From positions 20,566 to 67,084 of the forward strand of contig MEKU01000080.1 of NCBI GenBank assembly GCA_001767195.1: 46,519 nt of DNA, read 5' to 3'. Source of the DNA: Acidobacteria bacterium RIFCSPLOWO2_02_FULL_67_21. GTDB lineage: Bacteria > Acidobacteriota > Vicinamibacteria > Vicinamibacterales > UBA2999. The position numbers and the translations under genes are program-made. Below the pieces are notes generated by a model. It was given only the letters and a program-made list of their open reading frames with translations. It was not told where the DNA came from and ran no database searches. Of the stretch, positions 44,406 through 46,519 are shown one piece after another (positions within the stretch are counted from its first letter, which is position 1; every line of letters starts with the position of its first letter).

Positions 44406-45583
44406 TAGAGCAGGAACGGCTTCCGCACTTCGGCGAACGCCCGCTCGTCGTCGCGCCAGCTGTCGACAATCTCGGCGAGCGGCGCACCCTCTTCGACCTG
44501 CCGCCGGAGCCGATCGGACCCGGCCAGGATGTCGATCGGCAGCTTGTCGTGCTCGTATTCGTACGGCGGGAGGCGCCAGGCGAAGTGTGCCGGGTCCAAT
44601 TGCCGGAAGGTCTGCAGGAGCGCAACGCCGGTCGCCACGGGCCGGAACGCGTCGCGATCGGACACGTGGATCTGGCACCCGCCGCAGGCGCGTTGAGCAT
44701 GCTTCTGGAACGTCGGCTCGAAGACGGCCGGCCTGAAATACACGCCGGGAAGGTCCAGCGCATTCATCCCGGCCGCGAAGCGGTCGGCGTCGATCCAGGG
44801 CGCCCCGACCAGCTCGAACGGCCTCGTCGTCCCGCGGCCTTCCGAGAGCAGCGTGCCTTCGAACAGGACGGTGCCCGGATAGACGACGGCCGTCTCGAGC
44901 GTCGGCATGTTCGGCGACGGCATGACCCAGGGCAGGCCGGTCCGGTCCGCGTACATCGACCGCTGCCAGCGCTCCATTCTGGCGATCTCGAGTGACGCGC
45001 CGGCGCCGAACCGCTCGTTGAAGAGCGCCGCCAGCTCGCCGATCGTCATCCCGTGCCGCATGGGAATGGGAAACTGCCCGACGAACGATTCGAAGCCTGG
45101 CGCGAGCGAGGCGCCTTCGACCCCCCGCCCGCCGATCGGGTTCGGCCGGTCGCAGACGATCACGGGAATACGGTGGCGGGCGGCTGCGCGCAGGCAGTTC
45201 GCCATCGTGTAGATGAACGTGTAGATCCGGGCGCCGATGTCCTGCAGGTCGATGACCAGGACCTCGACGTCCCGCAGCATGTCGGCGGTCGGCTCGCGGG
45301 TTTCGCTGTAGAGCGAACAGACCGGCACCCGGCGCGAGGCATCCTCGCGGTGCGGCGTTTCGACCATGTTGTCCTGCACGTCGGACCGGAAGCCATGCTG
45401 CGGGCCGAAGATGGCTGCCAGCCGGACGTCGCCCGACTCGGCCAGCCGATCGACGATGTGGCGGAAGGCGTGGTCGACCGAGGCGTGATTGCAGACGACG
45501 CCGACGCGGGCGCCGCGAAGGCGCCGCGATCCCAGCAGAACATCGGAGCCCAGACGTACAGCGCCGGCCGCGGTCAGGAGCAT
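44402..45583 (-). CDS. namZ: Exo-beta-N-acetylmuramidase NamZ (DUF1343)
   Basis: FGPQHGF, DLQDIGARIYTF, DRPNP, RHGMTIGELA, PSPNMP, SEGRGTTRPFE; start 45583 or 45592. Confidence 0.9.
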   Translation of the reverse strand: MLLTAAGAVRLGSDVLLGSRRLRGARVGVVCNHASVDHAFRHIVDRLAESGDVRLAAIFGPQHGFRSDVQDNMVETPHREDASRRVPVCSLYSETREPTADMLRDVEVLVIDLQDIGARIYTFIYTMANCLRAAARHRIPVIVCDRPNPIGGRGVEGASLAPGFESFVGQFPIPMRHGMTIGELAALFNERFGAGASLEIARMERWQRSMYADRTGLPWVMPSPNMPTLETAVVYPGTVLFEGTLLSEGRGTTRPFELVGAPWIDADRFAAGMNALDLPGVYFRPAVFEPTFQKHAQRACGGCQIHVSDRDAFRPVATGVALLQTFRQLDPAHFAWRLPPYEYEHDKLPIDILAGSDRLRRQVEEGAPLAEIVDSWRDDERAFAEVRKPFLLY

Positions 45584-45699
45584 GCCGACCATTATCAGCG
45601 AGCTCGACTGTATCAGCGGCGAACTCAGCCGTATGCGGGATCGAGCGGGCGCGCCGGGATGCTATTGCCGGGCTCGCGTGCGGCCGATACGACCATCAA

Positions 45700-46095
45700 A
45701 TGTTTCAACCCAGTCCATCGGTTTCTCGGGTGGCGGCCGCCTGTCTGCTCGTCTGTGTCCTCCCGGCCGCCGCGGCCGCTCAGGAGAAGCGTCTGACGCT
45801 TCCGACGTTTGTGGCCAGCAGCGCCGCAGCCGCCGATTGGGTGTCGACCTATCAGGCTCTGAAGTTCTACAAGGTCCGAGAGACCAATCCCATGCTCCGT
45901 CCGTTCGAGCGATCGCCGGCATCGCTTGTCGCCGTCGGCGCACTGATCGACGTCGGATCCGTGAGCGCCTGGAACGTCATCGTCGGCCGCCGGCACGAGC
46001 GCGTGGCGGTCGCCGGGCTGTGGGCGATGGCCGCCTTCCGGACCTACATCACGCTTCACAACATGCGGAACATGCGCCGCGCCGAGCGCCGGTAA
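45700..46095 (+). CDS. Hypothetical exported/membrane protein
   Basis: Signal peptide; ADWVST...RETNPML; hydrophobic C-terminal helices. Confidence 0.65.
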   Translation: MFQPSPSVSRVAAACLLVCVLPAAAAAQEKRLTLPTFVASSAAAADWVSTYQALKFYKVRETNPMLRPFERSPASLVAVGALIDVGSVSAWNVIVGRRHERVAVAGLWAMAAFRTYITLHNMRNMRRAERR

Positions 46096-46243
46096 ATCGC
46101 CGGACGCCCTGATTCTCGCCGAGCCGTTCGACCTGCAGCCGCGCATGCTCGCCCGCGCCGATGCGATTCGCGCCTCGCTCAGACGCCGGGGCTGGCGGGA
46201 CGCGGGCGAATCCTGACCGGCGTTGGTCTGCCTCCGGCGCGGG

Positions 46244-46519
46244 TCACACGGTCTGCAGGTACTGATGGATCATGCTGACGGTGGCCGACCCTTCGCCGAC
46301 GGCGGCGGCGACACGCTTGCTCGAACCGCGGCGGGCGTCGCCGGCGGCGAAGACGCCCGGCACGCTGGTTTCAAACAGGAACGGGTCGCGATCGGCGGTC
46401 CACGCCTTCGGCCAGCGGCCGTCCACCAGCAGGTCGCGGCCGGTCAGAATGAATCCCTGGGCATCCCGCTCCACCAGGTCGGCCACCATCCCCGTACGGG
46501 GTGCCGATCCGATGAAGAT
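46244..46519 (-). CDS. Thioredoxin-reductase-like FAD oxidoreductase, C-terminal part only
   Basis: IFIG.APRT...ETSVPGVFAAGDARRGSSKRVAAAVGEG. Confidence 0.88.
   Translation of the reverse strand: MFIGSAPRTGMVADLVERDAQGFILTGRDLLVDGRWPKAWTADRDPFLFETSVPGVFAAGDARRGSSKRVAAAVGEGSATVSMIHQYLQTV

Noticed and set aside
46096-46243. Short open frame PDALILAEPFDLQPRMLARADAIRASL...
   Set aside because: No start, RBS or recognisable family; at most a remnant.

Overview
High-GC bacterial chromosomal segment; gene content and style suggest an Acidobacteriota (Vicinamibacterales-like) host, which is my inference. Left part: housekeeping genes (prfA partial, moaD, moaE, thiD, bioY, SAM methyltransferase, aspA, class I fumarase), then an apparent operon encoding an A-type Fe-S carrier, a Fur fused to a rubrerythrin-type diiron domain, a PHP hydrolase, a motif-less ABC-ATPase-like protein and a cold-shock protein. 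A decayed ~6.1 kb island (12962-19089) sits at the 3' end of tRNA-Ala(GGC), bounded by a 16-bp direct repeat. It carries toxin-antitoxin genes and remnants, an amidohydrolase, a methyltransferase, gene fragments and an integrase remnant. Next come an 11-bp-phased DnaA-box-like array, a secreted unknown coupled to addB/addA-like genes, small Zn-finger genes with mrp/apbC, and a Fur-box-preceded TonB receptor plus Fe3+ ABC operon. The right end holds an M16 peptidase pair, hydrolase/amidase, pyk, SRPBCC, LOG, namZ and a partial thioredoxin-reductase-like gene. Best candidate for an undescribed system: the Fur-diiron fusion operon. All assignments come from motif recognition by eye; no searches were run.
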